64,000 bases of DNA, from IMG/VR virus record IMGVR_UViG_3300005613_000008, positions 32,001 through 96,000 of that record. One strand, 5' to 3'. Position 1 is the first letter of the stretch, and every line of letters starts with the position of its first letter. The stretch is from a virus. The translations under genes were made by a program, and so were the position numbers. The notes under the pieces were generated by a model. The model was not told the origin of the DNA. It did no database searches and saw only the letters and a program-made list of their open reading frames with translations. Shown here in pieces: positions 1 to 9,568 of the stretch.

Positions 1-1
1 T

Positions 2-91
2 AGAGAACTAAATTTAGTTTGGGGTGGGGACTGGAAGACATTTATAGATAAACCACATGTTGAAATGAGCGAGAGAAGTGAAGATGCCTGA
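2..91 (+). CDS. 3' end of a partial gene ending in an M15-family (L-Ala-D-Glu type) peptidoglycan peptidase domain
   Basis: Not in the ORF track. Translation from position 2 gives RELNLVWGGDWKTFIDKPHVEMSERSEDA-stop(TGA 89-91). WGGDW..F.D.PH.E is the C-terminal Zn-ligand motif of Peptidase M15 endolysins (T5 endolysin/Ply500 type). Confidence 0.7.
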   Translation, partial: RELNLVWGGDWKTFIDKPHVEMSERSEDA

Positions 92-1112
92 ATCAAAAAA
101 AATAAAAATCTTTAATGATGAAAAGCTCAGTAAAGAGAAGCAAAGAATATTCAAAGAAGCACAAAGCCTAAACAAAATAATTCTCGGCTTAGACGGCTCA
201 AATCCAACAGCTCAGCCACTAAACTCTTCTGGTTTATTTGGCAAGAAGCCTTATGAGCCTCAAGTAAAATACAACTTTGCTCCAAGTGAAAACGTCATCA
301 ATAATGGCAATGCCTTCATAACACTTGGCAAAGATCGTCCTTCTGGAAAGGCATCTGGATTTGGTGGTCAAGGGGCTACAGGTGCCAATGCTATTGATTT
401 AGTTGTTGGTAGAATGGCTTCAAGTAAAAGACCAGATGGTGCTATTGTAGATAACAGTTTTTCAGCCGACGCGGCAAGAATCTACATAAGCCAGCTAACC
501 AACATTGATTTCAATTTTGGAATAGATCCGGGTAAGTCAGGTTACATGGAAGCTCGCTCTGGTATTGGAATAAAAGCAGATGGCGTTCGTGTCATCGGAA
601 GGGAGGGTGTCAAGATTGTGACAGGTCGGTCTACAAATAGCACTGGATTTGGAAACAAAGGCGAAACCAACTCTCTTGGAGGAAAAATCTCCCAACCAGC
701 ACCACTTATCGAGCTAATCGCTGGTAACAATACCGAATCAAGAGAAGTTGCTGGCGGTTTATTCAATACTCCAGAAAAATATGATACCCTACAAGGTGTC
801 GCAATGGGACAAAATACAGTCGAAGCCCTAAGAGATTTAAGTGAGATTTTAGATAAACTTACCTCTTCTTTGTTTAACTTTGTCAATCTACAGACGCAGT
901 TCAACGCTGCTTTGGCTGGAGCAGTTTCTTTACCTGCCCCGGCTGCTGGAGCCGCAGTTGGGGCTTTGACAACTGCCAACACAATCAGGATGCTGGTTCA
1001 AGTTTGGACTCCCTATTATCAAGCAAGGCTTGGAAAATTCTTGTGGGAAGTCAATCATCTACAACCGTTTGGCTATCGATACATAGAGAGTAGAAACGTT
1101 AAAACAACCTAG
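84..1112 (+). CDS. Putative baseplate hub/spike-associated protein (gp5 C-terminal-like)
   Basis: ORF track 78..1112; ATG at 84 overlaps the upstream stop region. Gly-rich beta-type segment (SGIGIKADGVRVIGREGVKIVTG), hydrophobic Ala-rich C-terminal helix; position between the lysin and gp25. Confidence 0.4.
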   Translation: MPESKKIKIFNDEKLSKEKQRIFKEAQSLNKIILGLDGSNPTAQPLNSSGLFGKKPYEPQVKYNFAPSENVINNGNAFITLGKDRPSGKASGFGGQGATGANAIDLVVGRMASSKRPDGAIVDNSFSADAARIYISQLTNIDFNFGIDPGKSGYMEARSGIGIKADGVRVIGREGVKIVTGRSTNSTGFGNKGETNSLGGKISQPAPLIELIAGNNTESREVAGGLFNTPEKYDTLQGVAMGQNTVEALRDLSEILDKLTSSLFNFVNLQTQFNAALAGAVSLPAPAAGAAVGALTTANTIRMLVQVWTPYYQARLGKFLWEVNHLQPFGYRYIESRNVKTT

Positions 1113-1132
1113 TTAGATAGATAGGAAAGGCA

Positions 1133-4100
1133 ATGGCTCAATCAGAATTTTTGAAGCACCAAGACAAGAATGGTGATTTTCTAATAGATAAATGTGAAGT
1201 AGAACTCCCTGGATCAGAAGAAAAGGTCTGTCTAGATTGTATTCCTAATCCGAAGGCTGTTCTAACTGATTGGAAAAACTTGGAGATTGATTCTCCAAGG
1301 CTGAACGAGCGCACTTGTAGGTATGAAGTGGCGGTCACTACTCGCTTCAAGACGACAGGCGGCGAGAATGCCTCAGATGAAGAAGAAGCAAAAAATGCCC
1401 TTGATGAGAGATTTTTAGATTATCGCGAAGAGGCGATAGCAGCCTTACTCGATGCTTACAAAAAGAAAGAAGATGCGTTAAGCCTCTTTACAATGCAAGA
1501 AAATATTCAGTTTACAAACTGGGATCTTGAAGCAAGACCAAATTCAAGATTAAAGCTACTTTATTCAGTCCCATTCGATATATTGAATAGTTTAGAAGAC
1601 GAAGATGAACAAAATGAATCAGACGAAAGTGATGGTCCATTAACTATATCTTTTTTGGCATCCGAATTGGCATTCATGAATGTGAGAGTCAGAAAAGGAT
1701 TGAATCTTTATTCTCGCTACGATAAAGTAAATAAGATTATGAGCAAAGAATACTTTGCGTATGTTGATAATCTAAAACCATTTGACGTTGGCATCTATGG
1801 AGATAATGGATTTTCTCGCACATCATTGATGGCTCGTGTTCTTATTGAGCTAGATCAATTTTTAGTCAATAGAGGATACAATCTACCGGGTGTTGGCAGA
1901 GGAGTCTTAAAAGATAGAGTTGTTAAAATACAGTTTAATTTTACACAGGAAAGAAAATTAAAAAAGCTTACAATTTTTACTGTTGGGTGTAGAGAAAAGC
2001 CTATTATTTTCAGTGGTCGTAAACTCTCTGCCCTTAACAGAAAAGAATCTTTTAAAGATAAGACTGCCATGGGCTACCTCTCAAGACTGAGGGATATGGA
2101 TAGGGCACTTACTGCAAGAGAGCCAGAACATTTTATTGAATTTTTAAAAAATAATACTTATCCACAAATCGATTTGTTTAATTCAATTCAGACTCTCGAA
2201 GAGAACAGCGATGAACAAGATGTTTTATCATGTGTAGGTGAAGCTCTCTTAAGTGAGGGTAAAGAACTTGGACAAGATATATTAGACGAGGTTCTGAACA
2301 TAGCAGATGTCCTTGCCTATCAGTTCCACAAGAATATCTGTAAAAGATCTGAAGAGGAAAGAAGAAAAGAAGCTGTTGCTATGGGTGAAAGCTTCGATCC
2401 TGATCTTCCAGCAAAAGATTATCTTCCTTTTGGACAAGGCAACCCACTTGCAATAATGGCTACTAATCAGGCATTTAGGCAAATTGAAGCAAGCGATAAT
2501 GTTTTTGTAAGACTGTGTGGAGAATTCCTTACAGACAAGATTACTGGAGGTTCTTTAGAGATTAGAGATCTTTATGATATTTCTTTCAACAAGATGAAAA
2601 TATGTGGTCTCCTTGATCTTATGACAGAAGGACTACAGTGTCTATTCAAGGGTCTTACACTAGAAGAAGCTTTGGCACAAGCAATTTCTGCTGCTCTAAA
2701 GGCGATGTCCATAGAGAACTTTGGTGTCTTATTTGTTGGACTACCACCAGAGAAACAATCAGAACTTGATGATCTTGTAAAGCGAAAGTTGGAATCTGGC
2801 AATCTTTTCTCAGAGCAATCGAATGCAGAAATACTTTCCGATGCCACTTCGGCACAACCAGATGATCGTGGACCATCTGCTCCTGTATTTGGAGAAATAA
2901 ACTTTGTTAAACCATGGGAAGACCAAGACTATATCGATCGAGAAAGAGAATCAATGATTCCCGGTCCATATGAAGCTATGTCTCCTTCAAGCAAGCTTGT
3001 TCAGCCACCCGGTGGTTCCGTAATTCGTCGTTCGCTTGGTAAAGATTACGACAATCCAAACCAGTTTGCAGAACAACAAACACCATTCGCTGATGCAATC
3101 AGGGCTGTCCAAACAGAATCAAAACAAAAGTTTAGCCCAGACAACCTTATGGAAGCTTATTTTGCAGCTTTGATCGAAGTGTATTCTGATAATCTTCTTG
3201 AACTTCTTGACATAATGAACAGATTCCCAGGAGCCGAGATTATATCAAAAGTTATAGCTCTATTTGATTGTCCTCGACCACCTCTGTTTACGCCAAGTGT
3301 GATGGATTTCTTGAAAGACATTGAGCTTCCTTTCTGTAGAAACGTCAATGATATCACTCTGCCTAGGCTCAACAACCCACTTGATTTTATTAATTTAGAT
3401 TTATTTAAGCTATTGATAGATGCTGCAAAGATTGCAATTCAGAATGCAATCGTGTCTATTTTGGTGAAACTAATTGTAAAAGTTTGTGAGATTATTGGTA
3501 GCGCTATTTGTAAAGCAATTGAGACAGCAGGTAGTTTGGCTGCTGGATTGCCAGGATTACTGACTGGCAGAAACACAATCAAAGACATTTTGCGCGAATC
3601 AATCTGTGGTCCCCAGGCAGATGAAAAAGCTTTAGATGATTCTATTGTGGATATGTATAAGCTGCTTGGAGGTGTAGCTCCTGAAATAGCAAACAGAGAA
3701 AAGGTTCTTGCTTTCAATGAAGCTATGGCTTCATCTGTCACACGCCGAGAACTAATCGAGGCTTCAATGGGAGAGCCTTCAGAATCATTCCTAACTCTCG
3801 TTGATAATCTTGTTGAGTTTGAGTTCCCCGAGTTTAGAGAATCATTCTCAAACAAAAGCGCGATCGGTAACTTTTTCAGAAACTTTGGAAACCTTCTTCC
3901 AGCCGACTTTAGAGATCAGGCACAGCAGTTTGTTGATGGCTTGGAAGAAGATGATCAGTTGCCAGCAAACCCAAGCCTATGTGCTTCTCCAGAGCAGATT
4001 GAAGAGTTTTGCTCTCTACGCTCTCAGATTCTAGAAGGTAGAGCATCAGCAGAACAGATTGCGCAACTATGTCGCCCCGGCGAAGAGTTTGCAGATATAG

Positions 4101-7100
4101 CAAGCATTATTCAGGATGGAATTCCAAAGACCTTAGAGAGCGGTATTCCACCCATTGTATCAGAGCCCGGCTGTAACAACGGCTTATTTCCTTATGAGAC
4201 GGAACAACAAACTGCCGCAACAGCGCAGATCATGAACAAGAATCTAGAGCAGTTGATGATTGCCTTCTCTTACGATATGCTTGGTAATGGTCCCGGCGAA
4301 AGAAACTGGGGCTTGATGAACATGGTGCTTTCGGACACTCTCGGAAGACCATTTACTGCTCACTCTCGTAAGGTGTTCAATGATCCCGGCAGGCAGCAGT
4401 ATGTTGATTTTTATGTTTCTAGTAGCACGCCCCTCGACGGCGGCGGCGAAGCCGGCATCACCGATAACTATGCAAAATCAGAACGACAAAAAGGCGCATT
4501 CCCAGTCTACATCGCAGAGTGGATGACTCAGGAGAATAATGGTCAGATAGCAGACTCTATCGGCATAAATAATCAAATCCAGCCAGATAAAACAACAGTA
4601 AAAGACTTTGATGAACTAAATCTTGGTCTAAGAGTAACTCCTTTAGAACTACCAGACTATGGCTATAGAGTTCAGTTTGAAGTGGACTATGAGAACAAGC
4701 AAGTCAAGTTTGTTGAGAAGAAGAGAAAAGCGACACCCGATTTGTCAATTGACTTCAGTAGTAAGATAGAGGATGACGAGGGATACAAGTTCTCTATGTC
4801 TGCTTACTTTGCAGACTTAGGCAACAAAGGCAATTACCCAACTGATAACGTAAGACTCAAAATAACAGAGACTATCATTGAAGATGGCGACAAAGAGTTA
4901 CAGGAGGACTACCTTGAGTTCTTGGCTAGTGATTCTACGCTACAAGACTTTGAAGAAGGCTTCTTGAACCAGTTTACCAGATTTACCGAGACATTCCAGA
5001 ATCCAAACAACACGATCTCACCTCCGATTGTGCTAATGTCTGAGATGCTAAACATTACAGAAGAACAGGCAACATCCTTCTGGAACTCCACAACTACAAA
5101 ACTTTATAACCAAATGTTTGAAAATGTTATGAGCACTTCAAGCATGGCGTTTGATTATGGTGTTGAGTTTGACAATCTCACGCCAGCAAGTGCCGATTAT
5201 CTCTACCCAGATGGAACTGGAACCCTCTATGCAGAAAAAGAAATTGATGATGGTGAGGGCGGAACGAGAAAATTGAACAATAGAGATGCAGTCCTTGGTA
5301 TAAGCCGCGATCAATTCGATAACCCAGATAACCCAAGGGTAATTTATTTAGATCCAGCCACCTATGGCGGCTCCTATCTGAATCCTCCAATCCATGTTCG
5401 TCCGCTCAAGAGTGCAGGATGGATGGGACTTGTAGATTCTGTTTTCCCCGAATTGAGTCCTTGTAAGCCGCCAAGAACAAATGTTATAGACTTTGGGGAG
5501 ATAGAATCTGAAATGATGAAGTCTTATAATCAATTGGCAGAAGACGAAAGGCTCGCGGGTGATCCAGATTGTGTTACAGAAGTTCCTTACAATAGAATCT
5601 TGACAAGACAAGGCAAGGCAGGAATCCAATCTGTGATAGAAGCCGCTTGCAGAATTCATTCTGTTGAACACTTCATCAAGTCTCTCGCAACATTCTCTAA
5701 ATTCAAACCAGACTTCAAGAATAACTTCAGCGATCTCTACGCTTCATACATTGTGGAGCAAATGGAGAAAGGATTCAAGAACGCACAACAGAATGAGTTC
5801 TTTGAATTGTTCAATCCATTTAAAGATGAAGAATTCTGGTATGCTTTCTTAGAACAATCAGTGCAAACCTACGGTCGCTTGCTTGATGAGGGGGAAATCA
5901 TGGATCCTCCAGAAACAGTTATCAACGCCTTGATCCGCCTCAACAACATCCAAGAACGTTATGATTACCCAGATCGTAAAGATCTGCGAGAGTCCAAAAA
6001 GAATAACGAAGTTTCAATCTTCAAAACTCTCAAAAACTACAGAAATGAAGATGCTCTAGGTGTCGTCAAGGAAACAGAAGACATTGCCAAAATGGTTCTA
6101 AAAGAGTTTGTAAAGAAGCAACTCGGCAAAGTAGCAGATTCTTTCGAGGCTTCTCTAAAGGAAAACGGCTTCATTGATGATTCTTATGCCACTAACATAA
6201 ATTATTATTTGCTAAGTTCTGCAACTGGACTTACAGCAGGAAGTGAACTGAATCTATTGGGAGAGTTGACAGAGGATGTGTCTGATGATCTGCTTACAAG
6301 AGAAGTCAAATACACTAATGGTGATGAGATGTCTCTACAAGATGGGACACCCTATGTTGGCTACTATCATTTTAGAGACGATCAACCGATGACAGGCGAA
6401 GAGCACAATGATGAATCACAAGATCTCAATCTTTTTGCGAAGAACATCATAGTAACTGCTGGCGGACAAGGGATCGGAAGGGTATCCCAAACAATGCCTT
6501 CTGGTGATATCCCCTTTGGTCTGAGAGCTTATCTAAAAACCCCAACTGGACAAAGTAATCCTTACGACCTCGGAGCGATAACAAGTCAAGAAGGCAATGT
6601 CTCAGATGTCTACCCAGGAACACTCAGAAAGGTTGTAAACGATTCTGGTAGAGTTGTCGGACTAGAAGGTGAACTTGGTTTGCGTTATGGTCTTGAGTTC
6701 TACGCAAATGTCGGTGGAGAAATGGTTAGTGTCACAAGCGTTGAGATCGATGTTCTCGATCTTCCACTTGCAAAGTTGCCACCACTACAGCCAAGTAGCA
6801 AAGAAATGCTTTGCCTTATCAACAATTTGTTAGATGACGATCGCTACAAAGCATTCATGAAATATTGCCTACCAACAACTAAGATTCCATCTATCATTGC
6901 AATCTATAACGACATGGCTTTCTTACCTTCTATTGGTGAAAATGTTCTTGATGATGCAAAGAGGAACAGTGGCAATTCTAAGCCCGGTAGAAAAGCTTCA
7001 GTAAATGATGATGGCGATGCTATAATTTATTCCCCAAATGATCCAGGCGAACAAGGTTGGTTCCCGAAGAAAGAGCGAAGAACCTTCACTCCATTTGTTT

Positions 7101-7363
7101 TGACATGGGACGAATGGGATCACGTCACGATGCGTAGAACTAATTCTCAACTCAAGAGAATGTTTAAAGAATACTACAACTCAAGAGATTTCGGAGATCA
7201 AGAAGAGGACGATAGTGGAATCGTTGGAACAAATCTTAAGGTTCTAAAAGAAAGGTTCTCGTTTGCACCCGGCAAGAGAATTCTTCCTTGGTGGAAGCGC
7301 CGCCGCCTACGCAGTAACCCGTTTAATGCAAAGGGAGAGCTTTGTAAAAATAAGGACGAATAA
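1133..7363 (+). CDS. Giant (2076 aa) acidic hypothetical virion protein
   Basis: Long ORF with SD-like AGGAAAGG, in the baseplate cluster. N-terminal DKNGDFLID Ca-binding-like loop and a GTPYVGYYH..MTG..H motif; no recognisable enzyme motif. Confidence 0.75.
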   Translation: MAQSEFLKHQDKNGDFLIDKCEVELPGSEEKVCLDCIPNPKAVLTDWKNLEIDSPRLNERTCRYEVAVTTRFKTTGGENASDEEEAKNALDERFLDYREEAIAALLDAYKKKEDALSLFTMQENIQFTNWDLEARPNSRLKLLYSVPFDILNSLEDEDEQNESDESDGPLTISFLASELAFMNVRVRKGLNLYSRYDKVNKIMSKEYFAYVDNLKPFDVGIYGDNGFSRTSLMARVLIELDQFLVNRGYNLPGVGRGVLKDRVVKIQFNFTQERKLKKLTIFTVGCREKPIIFSGRKLSALNRKESFKDKTAMGYLSRLRDMDRALTAREPEHFIEFLKNNTYPQIDLFNSIQTLEENSDEQDVLSCVGEALLSEGKELGQDILDEVLNIADVLAYQFHKNICKRSEEERRKEAVAMGESFDPDLPAKDYLPFGQGNPLAIMATNQAFRQIEASDNVFVRLCGEFLTDKITGGSLEIRDLYDISFNKMKICGLLDLMTEGLQCLFKGLTLEEALAQAISAALKAMSIENFGVLFVGLPPEKQSELDDLVKRKLESGNLFSEQSNAEILSDATSAQPDDRGPSAPVFGEINFVKPWEDQDYIDRERESMIPGPYEAMSPSSKLVQPPGGSVIRRSLGKDYDNPNQFAEQQTPFADAIRAVQTESKQKFSPDNLMEAYFAALIEVYSDNLLELLDIMNRFPGAEIISKVIALFDCPRPPLFTPSVMDFLKDIELPFCRNVNDITLPRLNNPLDFINLDLFKLLIDAAKIAIQNAIVSILVKLIVKVCEIIGSAICKAIETAGSLAAGLPGLLTGRNTIKDILRESICGPQADEKALDDSIVDMYKLLGGVAPEIANREKVLAFNEAMASSVTRRELIEASMGEPSESFLTLVDNLVEFEFPEFRESFSNKSAIGNFFRNFGNLLPADFRDQAQQFVDGLEEDDQLPANPSLCASPEQIEEFCSLRSQILEGRASAEQIAQLCRPGEEFADIASIIQDGIPKTLESGIPPIVSEPGCNNGLFPYETEQQTAATAQIMNKNLEQLMIAFSYDMLGNGPGERNWGLMNMVLSDTLGRPFTAHSRKVFNDPGRQQYVDFYVSSSTPLDGGGEAGITDNYAKSERQKGAFPVYIAEWMTQENNGQIADSIGINNQIQPDKTTVKDFDELNLGLRVTPLELPDYGYRVQFEVDYENKQVKFVEKKRKATPDLSIDFSSKIEDDEGYKFSMSAYFADLGNKGNYPTDNVRLKITETIIEDGDKELQEDYLEFLASDSTLQDFEEGFLNQFTRFTETFQNPNNTISPPIVLMSEMLNITEEQATSFWNSTTTKLYNQMFENVMSTSSMAFDYGVEFDNLTPASADYLYPDGTGTLYAEKEIDDGEGGTRKLNNRDAVLGISRDQFDNPDNPRVIYLDPATYGGSYLNPPIHVRPLKSAGWMGLVDSVFPELSPCKPPRTNVIDFGEIESEMMKSYNQLAEDERLAGDPDCVTEVPYNRILTRQGKAGIQSVIEAACRIHSVEHFIKSLATFSKFKPDFKNNFSDLYASYIVEQMEKGFKNAQQNEFFELFNPFKDEEFWYAFLEQSVQTYGRLLDEGEIMDPPETVINALIRLNNIQERYDYPDRKDLRESKKNNEVSIFKTLKNYRNEDALGVVKETEDIAKMVLKEFVKKQLGKVADSFEASLKENGFIDDSYATNINYYLLSSATGLTAGSELNLLGELTEDVSDDLLTREVKYTNGDEMSLQDGTPYVGYYHFRDDQPMTGEEHNDESQDLNLFAKNIIVTAGGQGIGRVSQTMPSGDIPFGLRAYLKTPTGQSNPYDLGAITSQEGNVSDVYPGTLRKVVNDSGRVVGLEGELGLRYGLEFYANVGGEMVSVTSVEIDVLDLPLAKLPPLQPSSKEMLCLINNLLDDDRYKAFMKYCLPTTKIPSIIAIYNDMAFLPSIGENVLDDAKRNSGNSKPGRKASVNDDGDAIIYSPNDPGEQGWFPKKERRTFTPFVLTWDEWDHVTMRRTNSQLKRMFKEYYNSRDFGDQEEDDSGIVGTNLKVLKERFSFAPGKRILPWWKRRRLRSNPFNAKGELCKNKDE

Positions 7364-7394
7364 CTAAGTAGTAGTAAGATTTGGAGGGCTATGG

Positions 7395-7763
7395 ATGGCT
7401 TCTTACGCGGTTAAACTACCATTGGCACAAGACTCAGCCGATGGTTATGCGATGATAAAGAGATTAAAGACTCTTGTAAAACAGAATCTCAAGATGCTTA
7501 TTCTCACCAACCCCGGTGAAAGAGTTATGGAGCCAAATTATGGAGTTGGCATAAGGCAATTCTTGTTTGAAAACTTTGATTCAAGTATCTATGCGAGAAT
7601 AGACAACAAAATAAGAGATCAAGTTGCTCAATATATGCCTGCTATTCAGATTCAAAAATTGCAGTTTGCTGGCTCTAATCCAGACACAAATACTCTAGCC
7701 CTTTACTTGGAGTATTCAATCCCACAAATCGCCACAAGTGATTTGCTTGAAATCACTATTTAG
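7395..7763 (+). CDS. gp25: Baseplate wedge subunit, gp25/GPW family
   Basis: LKMLILTNPGERVMEPNYGVGIRQFLFE signature; 122 aa; directly upstream of gp6. Confidence 0.93.
   Translation: MASYAVKLPLAQDSADGYAMIKRLKTLVKQNLKMLILTNPGERVMEPNYGVGIRQFLFENFDSSIYARIDNKIRDQVAQYMPAIQIQKLQFAGSNPDTNTLALYLEYSIPQIATSDLLEITI
7755..7762 (+). promoter_or_regulatory. Putative phage late promoter ACTATTTA
   Basis: Ends about 16 nt before the gp6 start. Confidence 0.55.
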
Positions 7764-7777
7764 TGTGAGGAAAATCA

Positions 7778-9568
7778 ATGTCAAATAAAAAGAAAGTAGC
7801 TATCAACTACACCAATCGTGATTACGAATCTATCAGGAATGATCTCACGCAAATAGCAGAGCGATTCTATCCTGAAACCTTTCAAGACTTCAGCGAAGGC
7901 TCATTTGGAGCAATGATGCTTGATGCGGTTGCGTATGTTGGCGACCAGCTTTCTTTTTATCTCGACTATAACGTCAATGAGACATTTCTGGACACAGCCT
8001 ATCAATATGGCAATGTTGTGCGTCAGGGTCGTATTCTCGGCTATAAGAACACGGGTCGTCCTTCAACTTATGGCAAGGTCGCTCTTTACGTTCAGGTACC
8101 TGCTTCAGCAACAGGTCTCGGACCAGACACTCGCTACATTCCGGTTCTAAAAAGAGGAACTCGTTTTACATCACAGAGCGGGTTGAATTTCGTTCTTACA
8201 GAAAATGTTGATTTTTCAGATCCTGCAAACCCAATCGTTGTTGCTAGAACAGACACTACGACTGGTGCCCCAAGTTATTATGCCATTAAAGCTTATGGTG
8301 ATGTTGTATCTGGTTTCTTTGGTGTAGAGCGCGTAACTGTTGGAGATTTTGAAAGATTTAAGAGAATCAAACTGACAAGCCCTAATGTGTCCGAGATCGT
8401 TAGTGTAACAGATTCTGATGGCAACGAATACTACGAAGTGGATTATCTCGCCCAAGACATTGTTTACAAAGAATTGACAAACAAGAACTACAAGTCAGAT
8501 AATGTTCCTTCTATTCTCAAACCATTGTTGGTTAGTAGGAAGTTTCAAGTAGTTCACGAACCAGAAGGTGTCTACCTACAATTTGGATCTGGTGAGGATG
8601 GGGCAAATGATGTTGTGGCAGAGCCACAGAATGTCGCAATGAATATTTTTGGCAAAAGTTATGTAACAGATGAAGCTTTTGATCCGAGCAGGCTCACAAA
8701 CAACAGAAGCTTTGGTATTGTTCCTGCAAATACAACTTTAACTATTGCTTATCGCCAAACCAACCCAACAAACTCAAATGTTGCTGCTGGTGGGCTAAAC
8801 CAAGTCGCAGGTGTTCTTGTTGACTTTGAAGACTTGTCGGTGTTGGCGGCAAACCAAGTTTCATTTATTCGCAATTCTTTTGAAGTCTCAAACGAAGAGC
8901 CAATCGTTGGTAATGTATCAAATCCCACAACTGCCGAGATCAAACAAAGAATTTATGACACATTCCCTACCCAGAACCGTGCAGTTACACAGAAAGACTA
9001 CGAGAGTCTTGTCTACAGAATGCCGCGCAAGTTTGGCTCAGTCAAGCGCTGTTCCGTTCAGAAAGACCCAGATTCCCAGAAAAGAAACCTAAATGTCTAC
9101 GTTATTTCTGAAAACACTCTTGGCAAACTAGTGCCTTCTAATGACACACTAAAGAAGAACCTCAAAGTGTGGTTAAACAACTATAGAATGATTAACGACA
9201 CCATAGACATTCTCGATCCTTTCATCATCAACTTTGGCATTAACTTCGTAGTCAAACCGGACAACTCGGCAAACAAGTTTGATGTTCTTGACCGTTGTGT
9301 CGAGAGACTAGCAAATAAATACTCAAGCCCAATGTTCATTGGTGAAAGACTATCCATCTCCGAAATCTTCTCAGAGTTGAACAAGGTAAAAGGCGTCAAT
9401 GATGTAGTAAAGGTACAGATCGTAAACAAGAACTCTGCCGACTACTCAAGTGTTGTGTTCCCAATTCAGGAGAACCTATCCCCCGACAGTGATTATCTAC
9501 TAACTCCTCAAAACGCAATTCTAGAATTAAAGTTCCCACAAACAGATATTAAAGGTAAGTTGAGATAA
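7778..9568 (+). CDS. gp6: Baseplate wedge subunit gp6 / baseplate J-like
   Basis: NYTNRDYESIRNDL, DFSEGSFGAMMLDAVAYVGDQLSFYLD and QNRAVTQKDY motifs typical of T4 gp6. Confidence 0.92.
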   Translation: MSNKKKVAINYTNRDYESIRNDLTQIAERFYPETFQDFSEGSFGAMMLDAVAYVGDQLSFYLDYNVNETFLDTAYQYGNVVRQGRILGYKNTGRPSTYGKVALYVQVPASATGLGPDTRYIPVLKRGTRFTSQSGLNFVLTENVDFSDPANPIVVARTDTTTGAPSYYAIKAYGDVVSGFFGVERVTVGDFERFKRIKLTSPNVSEIVSVTDSDGNEYYEVDYLAQDIVYKELTNKNYKSDNVPSILKPLLVSRKFQVVHEPEGVYLQFGSGEDGANDVVAEPQNVAMNIFGKSYVTDEAFDPSRLTNNRSFGIVPANTTLTIAYRQTNPTNSNVAAGGLNQVAGVLVDFEDLSVLAANQVSFIRNSFEVSNEEPIVGNVSNPTTAEIKQRIYDTFPTQNRAVTQKDYESLVYRMPRKFGSVKRCSVQKDPDSQKRNLNVYVISENTLGKLVPSNDTLKKNLKVWLNNYRMINDTIDILDPFIINFGINFVVKPDNSANKFDVLDRCVERLANKYSSPMFIGERLSISEIFSELNKVKGVNDVVKVQIVNKNSADYSSVVFPIQENLSPDSDYLLTPQNAILELKFPQTDIKGKLR

